Of a stretch of 64,000 bases of DNA, positions 28,015-43,800 are shown piece after piece. Both the position numbers and the translations under genes were made by a program. The notes under the pieces are model-generated. The model searched no databases. It was not told the origin of the DNA and saw nothing but the letters and a program-made list of their open reading frames with translations. Origin of the DNA: the human T2T-CHM13v2.0 reference genome, Homo sapiens. The stretch is taken from assembly GCF_009914755.1 (NCBI RefSeq), contig NC_060937.1. One strand, 5' to 3'. Position 1 is the first letter of the stretch. Every line of letters starts with the position of its first letter.

Positions 28015-28626
28015 TCCACTCCACTGCATTCCATTCTGTCCCATTCCATTCCACTCCATTCCACTCCACCTCACTCCACTGCACTCCACCCCACTCCATT
28101 CCATTCCATTACATTACATTCCACTCCATTCCATTACATTCATTTCTTTCGACAGGATCTCACTCTGTAACCCAGGCTGTAATGCAGTGGCACAATCTCA
28201 GCTCACATTACATTTCACCTTTCCATTCCATTCCATTGCATTCCATTCCTTTCCATTCTATTCCATTCCACTCCACTCCAAACCACTCTACTCGACTCCA
28301 CTCCACTCCATTCCATTCCATCCCATTGCATTCAACTCCACTCCACTCCACTCCTTTCTTTTGACAGTTATCTCACCCTGTCAACCAGCCTGGAGTTAAG
28401 TGGCACAATCTCAGCTCACATTTCATTTCACCATTCCATTCCAATCCATTCCACGACATTCCATTCCATTGCATTCCATTCAATTCCATTCCACTCCATT
28501 CCATTCCATTCCACTCCACTCCACTCCACTCCACTCCATTCCAATCCATCACACTCCCTTTCACTACATTGCATTCCACTCCACTCCACTCCCTTCCATT
28601 CCATCCCATTGCATTAAACTCCACTC

Positions 28627-28725
28627 CACTACACTACACTGCACTACACTACACTACACTCCACTTCACTACACTACACTACACTACACTACACTACACT
28701 ACACTACACTACACTACACTACACT
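28627..28725. repeat. (ACACT)n pentamer microsatellite within the satellite
   Basis: Near-pure run of ACACT units of about 100 bp, in phase with the surrounding 5-bp period. Confidence 0.9.
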
Positions 28726-31700
28726 CCCTTCCATTCCATTCCATTCCAGACCACTCCATTCCATTCCATTCCTTTCTTTCAATAGGATATCACTCTGTAA
28801 CCCAGGCTGGAGTGCAGTGGAGCAATCTCAGGAGACATTTCACTTCACCATTACATTGCATTGCATTCCATTCCATTCATTTCCATTCCATAACATTCCA
28901 CTGCACTCCACTTCACTCCACTACACTCCACTCCACTTCAATCCACTCAACTCCATTCCAATCCATTTCATTCCATTCCATCCACTCCATTCCACTCCAT
29001 TCCACTCCAATCCACTCCACTTCAGTCCAGTCCATTCCACTCCATTCCACTCCAATCCATCCCATCACATTCCACTCCATTCCTCTCCACTCCACTCCAC
29101 TTCACTCCACTCCATTCAACTCCATTCCATTCCATTCCATTCCATTCCATTCCATTCCATTCCATTCCATTCCATTCCTTTCTTTCAACAGGATCTCACT
29201 CTGTCACCCAGGCTGGAGTGCAGCGGCACTATCTCAGCTCACATTTCATTTCACCATTTCATTCCATTCCATTCCATTCCATTCCACTCCATTCCATTCA
29301 ATTCCATTCCATTCTGTTCCATTCCACTTCATTCCAGTCCACCCTTCTACACTCCAAGCCACTCCACTCCATTCCATTGAATTCCATTGTATTCCACTCC
29401 ATTCCACTCCACTCCACTCCACTCTAATCAACTCTACTCCACTCCATTCCATTCCATTCCATTCCACTCCATTCCATTCCTTTCCATTCCATTCCATTCC
29501 ATTACATCCCATTCCATTACATCCCATTCCATTCCACCCCATTCCATTCCACAGCATTCCACTCCACTCCACTAAACTCCACTCCAATCCACTCCATTCA
29601 ATTCCATTCAATTCTACTCCATTCCATTCCACTCCATTCCATTCCATTCCTTTCTTTTGACAGGATCTCACTCTGTCACCCAGAGTGGAGTGCAGTAACA
29701 CAATTTCAGTTCACATTTCATTTCACCATTCCATTCCATTCCATTCCATTCCATTCCATTCCATTCCATTCCATCCCATTCCATTCCATTCCTTTCCATT
29801 CCATTCCATTCCATCCCATTCTATTAAACTCCACTCCACTCCACGCCATTCCATTCCATCCCATTCCATTCAACTCCCTTCCACTCCAGTCCACTCCACA
29901 CCACTCTACTCCATTCCATTCAACTCCCATCCACTCCAGTCCGCTCCACACCACTCCACTCCATTCCAACCCATTCCATTCCACTCCTTTCCAATCCATT
30001 TCACTCCACTACCCTCCACTCCATTCATTTCCACTCCAAACTATTCCATTCCTCTCCACTCCACTTCACTCCACCCCACTACTCTCCACTCCATTCCATT
30101 CCATTCCACTCCATTCCATTCCATTCATTTTCTTCGAAAGAGTCTCACTCTGTCACTGAGGCTGGAGTGCAGTGGCACAATCTCACATCACATTTCATTT
30201 CACCATTCCATTGCATTCAATTCCGTTCTATTTAACTCCAATCCACTCCACTCCACTCCACTCCACGCCATTCCATTCCATTACATTCCAGTCCATTCCA
30301 TTCCATTCCTGTCCACTCCACTCCGCTAACATTCCATTCAATTCCATCCCATCCCATTCAACTCCATTCCATTCCTCTCCACTCCACTCCACTGCACTCC
30401 ACTCCACATCACTCATCTCCATTCCGTTCCATTCCATTCCACTCCATTCCATTGCATTCCTTTCTTTCGACAGCATCTCACTCTGCTACCCAGACGGGAG
30501 TGCAGTGCCACAATCACAGCTCACATTTAATTTCACCATTCCATTCCATTCCATTCCATTCCATTGCATTCCAGTGCACTCCACTCCATTCCATTCTACT
30601 CCACTCCATTCCATTCCATTCCATTCCTCTCCATTCCATTCCATACCATTCCATTCCATTCCACTCCACTCCACTCCATTCCAATCCATCCCATTATATT
30701 CCACTCCATTCCACATCACTCCACTCCATTCCAAACCATTACATTCCTTTCCATCCCATTCCATTCCACTCGATTCCACTCCAATCCACTCCATTCCACT
30801 CCATTCCATTCCACTACACTCCACTCCATTCCATTCCACTACACTCCACTCCATTCAATTCCATTCCTTTCCATTCCACTCCATTCCATTCCATCACTTT
30901 CTTTTGACAGGGTCTCACTCTGTCACACAGGCTGGAGTACAGTGGCACAATCTGAGCTCACATTTCATTTCACCTTTCCATTCCATTACACTCCATTCCA
31001 CTCCAGTCCACTCAACTCCACTCCACTCCATTCCATTCCATTCCACTCCACTCCAATCCTCTCCTCTCCTCTCCATTCCATCTTATTCCATTCCATTCCA
31101 TTCGACTCCACTCCACTCCACTCCGATCCTTTCTATAGCATCACTTTACATTCCACTCCATTCCACTCCACTCCAGTCCACTCCACTCCACTCCTGTCCA
31201 CTCCGCATCATTACACTCCATCCCATTCCATTCCACTCCATTCCACTCCACTGCACTCCACTCCACTCCATTCCATTACATTCTGTCCCATTAGATTCCA
31301 CTCCATACCACACCACTCCAGTCCACTCCACTCCATTCCATTCCATACCATTTCATTCCATTCCATTCCATCCCATCCCATTCCAGTCCATTCCATCCCA
31401 TCCCATTCCATTCCATCCCATCCCATCCCATCCCATTCCATTCCATTCCATTCCATTCCATCCCATCTCATCCCATCCCATCCCATACCATTCCATTCCA
31501 TTCCATTCCATTCCATTCCATTCCATTCCATTCCATTCCATTCCATTCCATTCCATTCCATTTCTTTTGATTCCACTTCACTGCAATCCATTCCCTTCTT
31601 TTGACAGGATCTCACTCTGTGACACAAGCTGGAGTGCAGTAGCACAATCTCATCTCACATTTCATTTCACCATTCCATCCCACTCCATTCCACTCCAGTG

Positions 31701-34700
31701 CACTCCACTCAACTCCACTACACTCCATTCCACTCCATTCTAATCCACTCCATTCGATTCCATTCCTTTCTCTGAGAGGATCTCACTCTGTTACCCAGGC
31801 TGGAGTGCAGTGGCACAATTTCAGTTCATATTTCATTTCACGAGTCCATTCCATTCTATTCCATTCCATTCTACTCCCCTCCAGTCCACTCCACTCCGTT
31901 CCATTCCATTCCACTCCTCTCCACTCCACTGCAATGCACTCCATTCTGTTCCATCCTATTCCATTCCACTCCACTCCACTCCATTTCATCCCATTCAATT
32001 CCACTCCATTCCACTCCACTTCATTCCACTCCATCCCACTCAATTCCACTCTATTCCACTCCCATCAACTCCACTCCATTCCATTCCATTCCCTTCCATT
32101 CCATTCCTTTCTTTCGACAGGATCTCACTGTCACACCCAGATTGGAGTGCTGTGGCACAATCTCAGCTCATATTTCATTTCACCATTCTATTCCATTTCA
32201 TTCCATTGCATTCCACTCCATTCCATTCCATTGTATTCCATTCCATTCCATTCCTTTCCTTTCCATTCCGTTCAATTCCATTCCATTCCATTTCATTCCA
32301 TTCCATTCTATTCCATTCCACTCCACTCCACTCCACTCCATTTAACTCCACTCCATTCTATTCAATTCCACTCCACTCCATTCCACTCCAATACACTCCA
32401 CTCCACTCGGCTCCATTCCATTCCATTCCATTCCATTCCATTCCATTCCATTCCACTCCAGTGCACTCCACTCAACTCCACTCCACTAACCTCCATTCCA
32501 TTCCATTCCAATCCATCCCATTCTATTCCACTCCATTCCCCTCCACTCCACTCCCCTCCACTTCACTGCACTTTACTCCAATCCAGTCCACTCCTGTACA
32601 CTCCACTCCATTCCACTCCATCCCATTCCATTCCACTCCACTTTACTGCACTCCACTCCATTCTATTCCATTCCACTCCTTTCCACTCCTTTCCTTTCTT
32701 TTGACAGGATCTCACTGTCACAACCCGGCTGGAGTGCCATGGCACAATTTCAGCTCACATTTCATTTCACCATTTTATTCCATTGCATTCCATCGCATTC
32801 TATTCTATTCCATTCCATTGCATTCCACTACACTCCATTCCACTCCACTCCACTACACACGAGTCCATTCCATTGCTTTCCATTCCACTCCATTCCACTT
32901 CACTGCATTCCAGTCGACTCCACTCCACTCCACTTCATTCCATTCCATTCCATCCCATTCTATTCCACTCCACTCCACTTTACTCCACTCCAGTCCACTC
33001 CACTCCTCTCCACCCACTCCACTACATTCCATTCCTCTCCATTATTTTCCAATCCATTCCATTCCTTTCCTTTCTTAAGACAGGATCTCACTCTGTCACC
33101 CAGGATGGAGTACAGTGGGACAGTCTCAGCTCACATTTCATTTCACCATAGCATTCCATTCCTTTTCATTCCATTGAATTATTTTAAATTCCATTCCATT
33201 CCATTCCACTTCACTCCACTTCACTCCATTGCACTCCATTCCATTCCATCCCATTCCATTCCACTCCATTCCACACCACTCCAATCCACTCCTTTCCATT
33301 CCATCCCATTCCATTCCACTCCATTCCACTCCAATCCACTCCACTCAACTCCACTCCACTCCTATCCACTCCATTCCATTCCACTCCATCCCATTCCATT
33401 CACGCCAATCCACTCCACTTCACTCCACTCCATTCCATTCCACTACACTCCTTTCCATTCCATTCCTTTCTTTTGACAGGATCTCACTCTGTCACCCAGG
33501 ATGGAGTACAGTGGCACAATCTCAGTTCACATTTCATTTCACCATTCCATTGCATTCCATTACATTGCATTCCTTTCCATTCCATTCCATTCCACTCCAC
33601 TCCACTCCACTCCACTCTTCTGCATTCCATTCCATTCCCTTCCATTCCATTCCATTCCACTGCATTCCATTCCACTCCACACCACTATATCCATTCCACT
33701 GTATTCCATTCTACTCCACTCCACTCCATTCCACTCTATGCCACTCCACTCCATGTCATTCCATCCCATTACATTCCACTCCATTCCACTCCACTCCACT
33801 CCACTCCATTCCATTCCATTCTACTCCATTCCATTCCATTCCTTTCTTTTGACAGGATCTCACTCTGTCACCCAGGCTGGAGTGCAGCAACACAATTTCA
33901 GTTCACATTTCATTTCACCATTCCATTCCATTCCATTCCATTCCATTCCATTCCATTCCATTCTATTCCACCCCACTTCACTCCACTCCATTCCATTCCA
34001 TTCCATCCCATTCCACTCAACTCCCTTCCACTTCAGTCCACTCCAAACCACTGCACTCCATTCCATTCTATCCCTTTCCATTCCACTCCATTCCATTCCA
34101 CCACATTCCATTCCATTCCATTACACTCCATTCCATTCCATTCCACTACATTCCATTCCATTCCATTCCATTACACTCCATTCCGTTCCATTCCTTTCTT
34201 TCCACAGGATCTCACCCTGTCTCCCAGGCTGGAGTACAGTGGCAAAATCCCAGCTGACATTTCATTTCACCAATCCCTTCCACTGTATTCCATTCCATTG
34301 CATTCCACTCCATTCCATTCAATTCCATTCCACTGCACTCCACACCACTCCACTCCATTCCATCCGGTTCCATTAGACTCCATTCCACTCAACTCCACTC
34401 CATTTCACTCTACTGCATTCCATTACATTCCGTTATACTCCAATCAATTCCATTTCTTTGTTTTGAGAGGATCTCACTCTGTCACCCAGGCTGGAGAGCA
34501 GTGACAAAGATTCAGTTCACATTTCATTTCACCATTCCATTCCATTCCATTCCTTTCCATTCCATTCCATTAAATTCCATTCCACTCCATTCTATTCCAC
34601 TCCACTCCACTCCACTCCAATTCACTCCATTCAATCCCATTCCATTCCACTCCATTCCTCTCCACTCCATTCCATTCCATTCCATCCATTCCATACCATT

Positions 34701-37700
34701 CCATTCCCCTCCACTCCACTCCACTTTAGTCCACTCCACTCCACTCCACTCCATTCCACTCCATTCAATTCCATTGCACTCCATTCCGTTCCATTCCTTT
34801 CTTTTGACAGGATCTCACTCTCTCTCCCAGGTTGGAGTGCAGTGGCACAATCTCAGCTCACATTTCGTTTCACCATTACATTCCACTGCATTCCAATCCA
34901 TTCCATTTCATTACATTCCATTCCACTCCACTCCCCTATATACATTCCACTCCATTACATTCCATTACATTCCACTCCACTCCACTCCATTCCACTCTAT
35001 GCCACTCCACTCCATGTCATTCCATCCCATTACATTCCACTCCATTCCACTCCACTCCACTCCACTCCACTCCACTCCATTCTATTCCATTCCATTCCAT
35101 TCCATTCCATTCCATTCCGTTCCATTCTAATCCATTCCATTTTATTCCTTTCTTTGATAGGATCTCACTCTGTCACCCAGGCTGGAGTGCAGTAACACAA
35201 TTGCAGTTCACATTTCATTTCACCATTCCATTCCATTCCTTTCATTTCCATTCCATTCCATTCTATTCCACTCCACTCCACTCCACTCCACTCCATTCCA
35301 TTCCATCCCGTTCCATTCAACTCTCTTCCTCTCCATTCCACTCCACACCACTCTAATCCATTCCATTCAACTCCCTTGCACTCCAGTACACTCCACACCA
35401 CTCAACTCCATTCCATTCAATCCCATTCAATTCCATTCCATTCCACTATACTTCACTCCACTACCCTCCTCTCCATTCAATTCCACTAGAAACCATTCCA
35501 TTCCACTCCACTCTACTCCTCTCCACTCCACTCCATTCCATTACATTCGAGTTCATTCCTTTCAATTCCAGTCCACTCCACTCCACTACATTCCATTCAA
35601 TTCCATCCCATTCCAATCCATTTCATTCCTCTCCATTCTACTGCACTCCACTCCACTCGTCTCCATTCCGTTCCATTTCATTGCACTCCATTCCATTCCA
35701 TTTCTTTCTTTTGTCAGCATCTCACTGTGTCACCCAGGCTGGAGTGCAGTGGCACAATCACAGCTCACATTTAATTTCACCATTCCATTCCATTCCGTTC
35801 CATTCCATTGCACTCCAGTGCACTCCACTCTATTCCACTCCACTCCATTCCATTCCATTCCACTCCACTCCAGTCCTCTCCATTCCAATCCATCCCTTTA
35901 CATTCCACTCCATTCCACATCACTCAACGCCACTCCACTCCAAACCATTACATTCCTTTCCATCCCATTCCATTCCACTCCACTCCACTCCACCCCACTC
36001 CTCTCCATTCAATTCAATTCCTTTCCATTCCACTCCATTCCATTCCATCCCTTTCTTTTGACAGGGTCTCACTGTCTCACACAGGCTGGAGTACAGTGGC
36101 ACAATCTGAGCTCACATTTCATTTCACCTTTCCATTCCATTCCACTCCATTCCACTCTAGTCCACTCAACTCCACTCCACTTCATTCCATTCCATTCCAC
36201 TTCACTCCACTTTTCTCCTCTCCTCTCCATTCCATCCCATTCCATTCCACTCAACACCACTGCACTCCACTCCACTCCGATCCTTTCCATTGCATCACAT
36301 TGCATTCCACTCCTTTCCGCTCCACTCCACTCCACTCCACTACATTCCATTCCATTCAATTCCAGTACACTCCATAACATTACTTTCCTTTCTTTCAACA
36401 GGATCTCACTCTGTCACCAAGGCTGGAGTTTAGTGGCACAATCTCAGCTCACATTTCATTTCACCATTCCGTTCCATTCCATTCCATTCCATTCCATTCC
36501 ATTCCTACTCCATTTCATCCACTCCACTCCACTCCACTCCATTTCACTCCATTCGACTCCATTCAACTCCACTCCATTCCACTCCAATCCACTCCACTCC
36601 ACTCGATTGTATTCCACTCCATTCCATTTCATTCCAGTCCATACCATTCCATTCCATTCCACTCCATTCCATTCCACTCCACTCCATTAGACTCAGAGCA
36701 CTCCACTCCATTTGACTCCACTCCACTCCATTCCACTCCATTCCTTCCACTCCACTGCATTCCATTTCACTCCATTCCACTCCATTCCACTCTATTCCAC
36801 TCCACTCCATTCCACTCCAATCCATTCCACTCCACTCCATTTCATTCCACTCCATTCCATTCCACTCCACTCCATTCCATTCCATTATACTCCATTTCGT
36901 TCCATTCCTTTATTTCGACTGGATCTTACTCTGTCACACATACTGGAGTGCAGTGGCACAATCTTAGCTCACATTTAACTTCACCATTCCATTCCATTTC
37001 ATTCTATTCCATTCCATTGCATTCCACTCCACTTCACTCCACTCCATTCCACTCCACTCCTCTCCACTCCACGACTCTACACTCCACTCCGTTCCATTTC
37101 ATTCCATTCCATTCCAATGCATTCCGATCCACTCCACTCAACTCCACTCCACTCCATTCCATTCCGTTCCATTTTGTTCCATTCTCTTCCATTCCACTCC
37201 AATCCTTTCCACTCCCCTCCTTTCCACTGCACTCCATTTCACTCTACTGCCCTCCATTCTACTCCAACGCACTCCAACCCACTACACTCCACTCCATTAC
37301 ATTCCAATGCACTTCATCCCATTCCATTCAATTCCATTCTGGTCCATTCCACTCCATTCCACTCCATTCCACAACACTTCATTCCACTCCAATCCATTCC
37401 ACTCCACTCCAATCCATTCCACTCCATTCCATTCATTTCCACTCCATTCCTTTCCATTCCACTCCACTCCATTCCACTCCATTCCTCTCCACTCCATTCC
37501 ACTCCACTCCATTCCACTCCACCCTACTCCAATCCACTCCATTCCATTCCAGTCCACTCCATTCCATTCCATTCTACTTCTTTCCTTTCCATTCCATTAT
37601 TTCGACTGGATCTTCCTCTGTCACCCAGACAGGAGTGCAGTGGCACAATCTTAGCTCACATTTCATTTCCCCTTTCCATTCCATTGCATTCCATTCCATT

Positions 37701-40238
37701 CCATGTCTTTCCATTCCACTCCACTCCACTCCACTCTACTCCATTCCGTTCTGATCCATTCCATTCCATTGCATTCCGATCCATTCCATTCCATTCCTCT
37801 CCACTCCATTCCATTCCACTCAATTTCATTCTATTCCACTCAACTCCACTGCAGTCTTCTCCACTTCACTCCACTCCATTCCACTACAATCAACTAAACT
37901 CCACTCTACTCCACTCCATTCCATTCCATTCCATTCCATGCAACTACACTCTGATCATCTCCACTCAACTCCATTCCACTCCACTCACTCCGTTTCATTC
38001 CGTTTCATTCCAGTTCTTTCCGTTACTTTCCATTCCACTCCACTCCAGTCAACTCCACTCTATTTCGCTCCATTCCACTCCTATCGACTCCACTCCAATC
38101 CACTACACTTCACTCCATTACATTCCACTCCATTCTATTCCATTCCATTCCATTCCACTCCACTCCACTCCACTCTATTCCATTCCACTCCATTCCACTC
38201 CATTCCAAACCACGCCACTCCACTCCACTCCATTGTCATTCCATTACATTACATTCCAATCCATTCCACTCCACGCCACTCCACCCTATTTCATTCCATT
38301 CCATTTCATTGTACTCCATTCTATTCCATTCCTTTCTTTCGACAGGATCTCACTCTGTCACACAGGCTGGAGTGCAGTAACACAATTTTAGTTCACATTT
38401 CATTTCACCATTCCATTCCATTCCATTCCTTTCCATTCCATTCCATTCTATTCCATTTTTTTCCACTCCACTCCACTCCCCTCCACTCCATTCCATTCCA
38501 TGCCATTAAATTCAACTCCCTTCCACTCCAGTCCACTCCACACCACTCCACTCCATTCCATTAAACTCCCTACCACTTCTGTCCACTCCACACCACTACA
38601 CTCCATTCCAGTCCATCCCATTCCATTCCACTCCATTCCACTCCACTCCATTCCATTCAATTCCGTTCCTTTCCATTACACACCATTCCATTCCATCCCT
38701 TTCTTTCGACAGGGTCTCACTGTCTCACACAGGCTGGAGCACAGTGGCAAAATCTGAGCTCACATCTCATTTCACCTTTCCATTCCATTCCACTCCATTC
38801 CACTCCAGTCTACTCAACTCCACTCCACTCCATTCCATTCCACTCCACTTTTCTCCTCTCCTCTGCATTCCATCCCATTCCATTCCACTCCATTAAACTG
38901 CACTCTACTCCCCTCCAATCCTTTCCATTGAATCACATTGCATTCCACTCCATTCCACTGAACTCTACTCCACTCCACTCCACTACATTCCATTCCATTC
39001 AATTCCAGTACACTCCATAACATTACTTTCCTATCTTTTGACAGGATCTCACTCTGTCACCCAGGCTGGAGTGCAGTGGCACAATCTCAGCTCACATTTC
39101 ATTTCACCATTCAGTTCCATTCCATTCCATTCCATTCCATTCCATTGCATTTCATTCCACTCCACTCCACTCCATTTCACTCCATTCGACTCCATCACAC
39201 TCCACTCCACACCACTCCAATCCACTCGACTCCACTCCATTGCTATCCAGTCCATTCCATTTCATTCCAACCCAATCCATTCCATTCCATTCCACTCCAT
39301 TCCACTCCATTCCACTCCATTCCATTCCACTCCAATCCATTCCACTCAGTGTACCCCACTCCATTCGACTCCACTCCACTCCATTCCACTCCATTCCTTC
39401 CATTCCACTCCATTACGTTTCACTCCATTCCACTCCATTCCACTCTATTCCACTCCACTCCATTCCATTCCACTCCATTCCATTTCATTCCCCTCCATTC
39501 CATTCCACTCCACTCCCTTCCATTCCATTCTACTCCATTTCCTTCCATTCTTTTATTTTGACTGGATCTCACTCTGTTACACATACTGGAGTGCAGTGGC
39601 ACAATCAGTTCACATTTCATTTCACCATTCCATTCCATTTCATTCTATTCCATTCCATTCCACTCCACGCCACTACACTACACTCAACTCCACTCCATTC
39701 CACTCTACTCCATTCCGTTCTGTTCCATTCCATTCTGTTCCATTACATTGCATTGCATTCCATTCCATTCCATTCCATTCCATTCCATTCCATTCCTCTC
39801 GACTCCATTCCACTCCACTCAATTCCACCCCATTCCACTCAACTCCACTGCAGTCCTCTCCACTCCACTCCATTCCACTACAGTACACTAAACTCCACTC
39901 TACTCCACTCAATTTCCATCCATTCCATTCCATTCCATGCAACTGCACTCCGATCAACTGCACTCAACTCCACTCCACTCACTCCATTTCATTCGGTTCT
40001 GTTGCAGCTGTTCCGTTCCTTTCAATTCCACTCAATTGCATTCCACTCCACTCCAGTCCGCTCCACTCCATTTTCTCCATTCCACTCCTATCCACTCCAC
40101 TCCACTCCAATCCACTCCACTCCTCTCCATTACATTCCACTCCATTCTTCTCCATTCCTCTCCATTCCATTCCATTCCACTCCATTCCCCTCCGCTCCAC
40201 TCCATTCCATTCCACTCCACTCAATTCCACTCCACTAA

Positions 40239-40807
<569 letters not shown>

Positions 40808-43800
40808 GCAGTGGCACAATCTTAGCACACATTTCATTTCACCATTCCATTCCATTACACTCCACTCAATTCCATTCCATTCCACCACGCTCCACTACAC
40901 TCTACTTCCCTCCACTCCATGCCACTCCACTCCATTCCACTCGACTCCTTTCCATTCCATTGCATTCAATTCCATTCTATTCCATTCCATTCCAGTGCAC
41001 TCCTATCCACTCCACTCAACTCCAATACACACCACTCCACTCCTCTCTGTTCCATTCCTTTCCATTCCATTCCGTTCTCTTCCATGCCATTTCTTTCCAT
41101 TCCATTCCATTCCACTCCACTCCATTCCATTCCACTCCACTCCATTCCATTCCACTCCACTCCACTCCATTCCATTTCACTCCACTCCACTCCATTCCAT
41201 TCCTTTCCATTGCATTCCATTAAATTCCACACCACTCCGATCCACTCCACTCAACTCCACTCCAATCCACTCCACTCCAATCTGTTCCTTTCCGTTCCAT
41301 TCCATTCCTTTCAATTCCATTCCTTTCCATTCCATTCCAATGCACTTCAGTCCATTCCATTCCACTCCACTGCATTTCTCTCCATTCCACTCCATTAAAA
41401 TCCTCTCTAATCCACTCCACACCATTGCACTCCTTTCCACCCCACTCCAGTCCATTCCACTCCAATCCATTCCATTCCACTCCACTCATCTCCACTCCAC
41501 CCCATTCCATTCCCTCCACCCCATTCCATTCTACTTCTTTCCATTCCTCTCCAGTCCATTCCACTCCAATCCACTTCATTCCATTTCACTCCACTCCATT
41601 CCATTCCGTTACATTGCAATCCATTCCATGCCATTCCACTCCATTCCATTCCACTGCCCTCCACTCCACTCCACACTACTCCATTACATTCCTTTGCATT
41701 CCACTAGACTCCATTCCTTTCCATTCCATTCCATTTCACTGCACTCGGATACAATCCACTGAACTCCACTGTACTCCACTCCACTCCATTCCGTTCCTTT
41801 CCATACCTTTGCGTTCCATTTCATTCCATACCGTTCCATTCCATTCCATTCCACTCCACTCCATTCCATTCCAATTCAATCCACTCCACTCTACTCCACT
41901 CCACTCCACTGTAACCCACATCACTCTTTTCCATTCCATTCCATTCCACTGCACTACAATCCACTCCATTCAGCTCCACTCTAATCCATTCCACTCCACT
42001 CCATTCCATTCAATTCCGTTGCGTTCTGTTCCGTTCCATTCCATTCCACTCCATTCTATTCCACTACAATCCATACCACTCCACTACATTTCTTTCATTT
42101 CCATTCCATTACAGTCCACTCGACTCCACTCCAGTACACTCCATTCAATTCCATTCCACTCCATTCTATTCCAGTCCACTCCATTCCTTTTCATTCCGTT
42201 CCAATCCATTCCACTCCATTACACTCCACTCCACTACACTTCATTCCACTCCACTCCAAACCATTACACTCCACTCCACTCCAATCCATTCTACTCCACT
42301 ACACTCCATTCCATTCCATCCCATTCCACTCTACCCCACACCACTCCACTCCACCCCACACCACTCCACTCCATTCCATTCCACTCCACTCCATTCCATT
42401 GCAATCCATTTCATTCCATTCCATTCCACTCCACTCTGAACCACTCCACTCAATTCCACTGCATTCCACTCCACTCCACTTAGTTCTGTTCTGTTTCTTC
42501 CCATTCCATTCCTTTACATTCCATTCCATTCCTTTCCACTCCACTGTGAACCACTTCACTTAACTCCACTTCATTCCTGTCCAATCCACTCAGTTCCGTT
42601 CTGTTTCTTTCTTTCCGTTCCATTCCATTCCATTCCATTTCGTTCCATTCCATTCCAATCCCCTTCATTCCATTGCAGTCCACATCACTCCACTACACTC
42701 CATTCCATTCCACTCCACACCATTCCACTCCACTCCATTGCATTCCACTCCACTACACTCCATTCCATTCCATTCCATTCCATTCCATTCCATTCCACTC
42801 CACTCCATTCCATTCCAATCCATTCCATTCCTTTCTATTCCATTCCACTATGAACCTCTCCACTCAACTCCACTGCATTCCAGTCCACTCCACTCAGGTC
42901 CTTTCTGTTTCTTTCCATTCCATTCCATTCCATTCCATTCCATTCCATTCCATTCCATTCCGTTCCATTTCATTCCAATCCTCTCCATTCCATTACAGTC
43001 CATTCAACTCCACTCCACTCCACTCAAATCCGCTTCACTCCACTCCACTCCGCTCCACTCAATTTCATTCCACTCCATTCCATTCCATTACACTCCATTA
43101 CATTACATTCCATTGCTCTCCATACCCCTCCATTCCACTCCACTCCATTCTACTCCACTCATCTCCACTCCACTCCATTCCACTCCATTCCATTCCATTC
43201 CATTCCATTCCATTCCACTCCATTCCACTCCATTCCATTCCACTCCATTCCATTCCATTCCATTCCATTCCATTCCATTCCATTCCACTCCATTCCATTC
43301 CATTCCACTCCATTCCATTCCACTCCATGCCATTCCACTCCACTCCTTTCCTTCCCATTCTACTCCATTGCATTCCAGTCCTTTATTTCAAATGGATCTC
43401 ACTCTGTCACCCAGAAAGGAGTGCAGTGGCACAATTTTAGCTCACCTTTCATTTCACCATTCCATTCCATTCCATTCCCTTCCATTCCATTCCATTCTAC
43501 TCCACTCCATTCCATTCCACTTCACTCCATTCCACTCTACTCCCTTCCATTCCATTCCACTCCACCCCATTCCTTTCCATCCATTTGCATTCCTTTCCAT
43601 TCCACTGCACTCCAATCCACTCCACTCAACTCCTCTCCACTGCTCTCCACTCCGTTCCTTTCTTTTCCATTCCATTTCATTTCATTACTTTCCATTCCGT
43701 TACATTCCATTTCATTCCACTCCACTCCACTCCATTCCATTTCACACCATTCCACTCAACTCCCCACCACTCCACTACACTCTACTTCACTCCACTCCAT

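Noticed and set aside
29645-29665. Cassette tail TCAAAAGAAAGG (minus strand) matches the alpha satellite word TCAAAAGAAAGG
   Set aside because: It is a short purine-rich match in the opposite orientation to the local alpha array, with no extension, and is probably coincidental.
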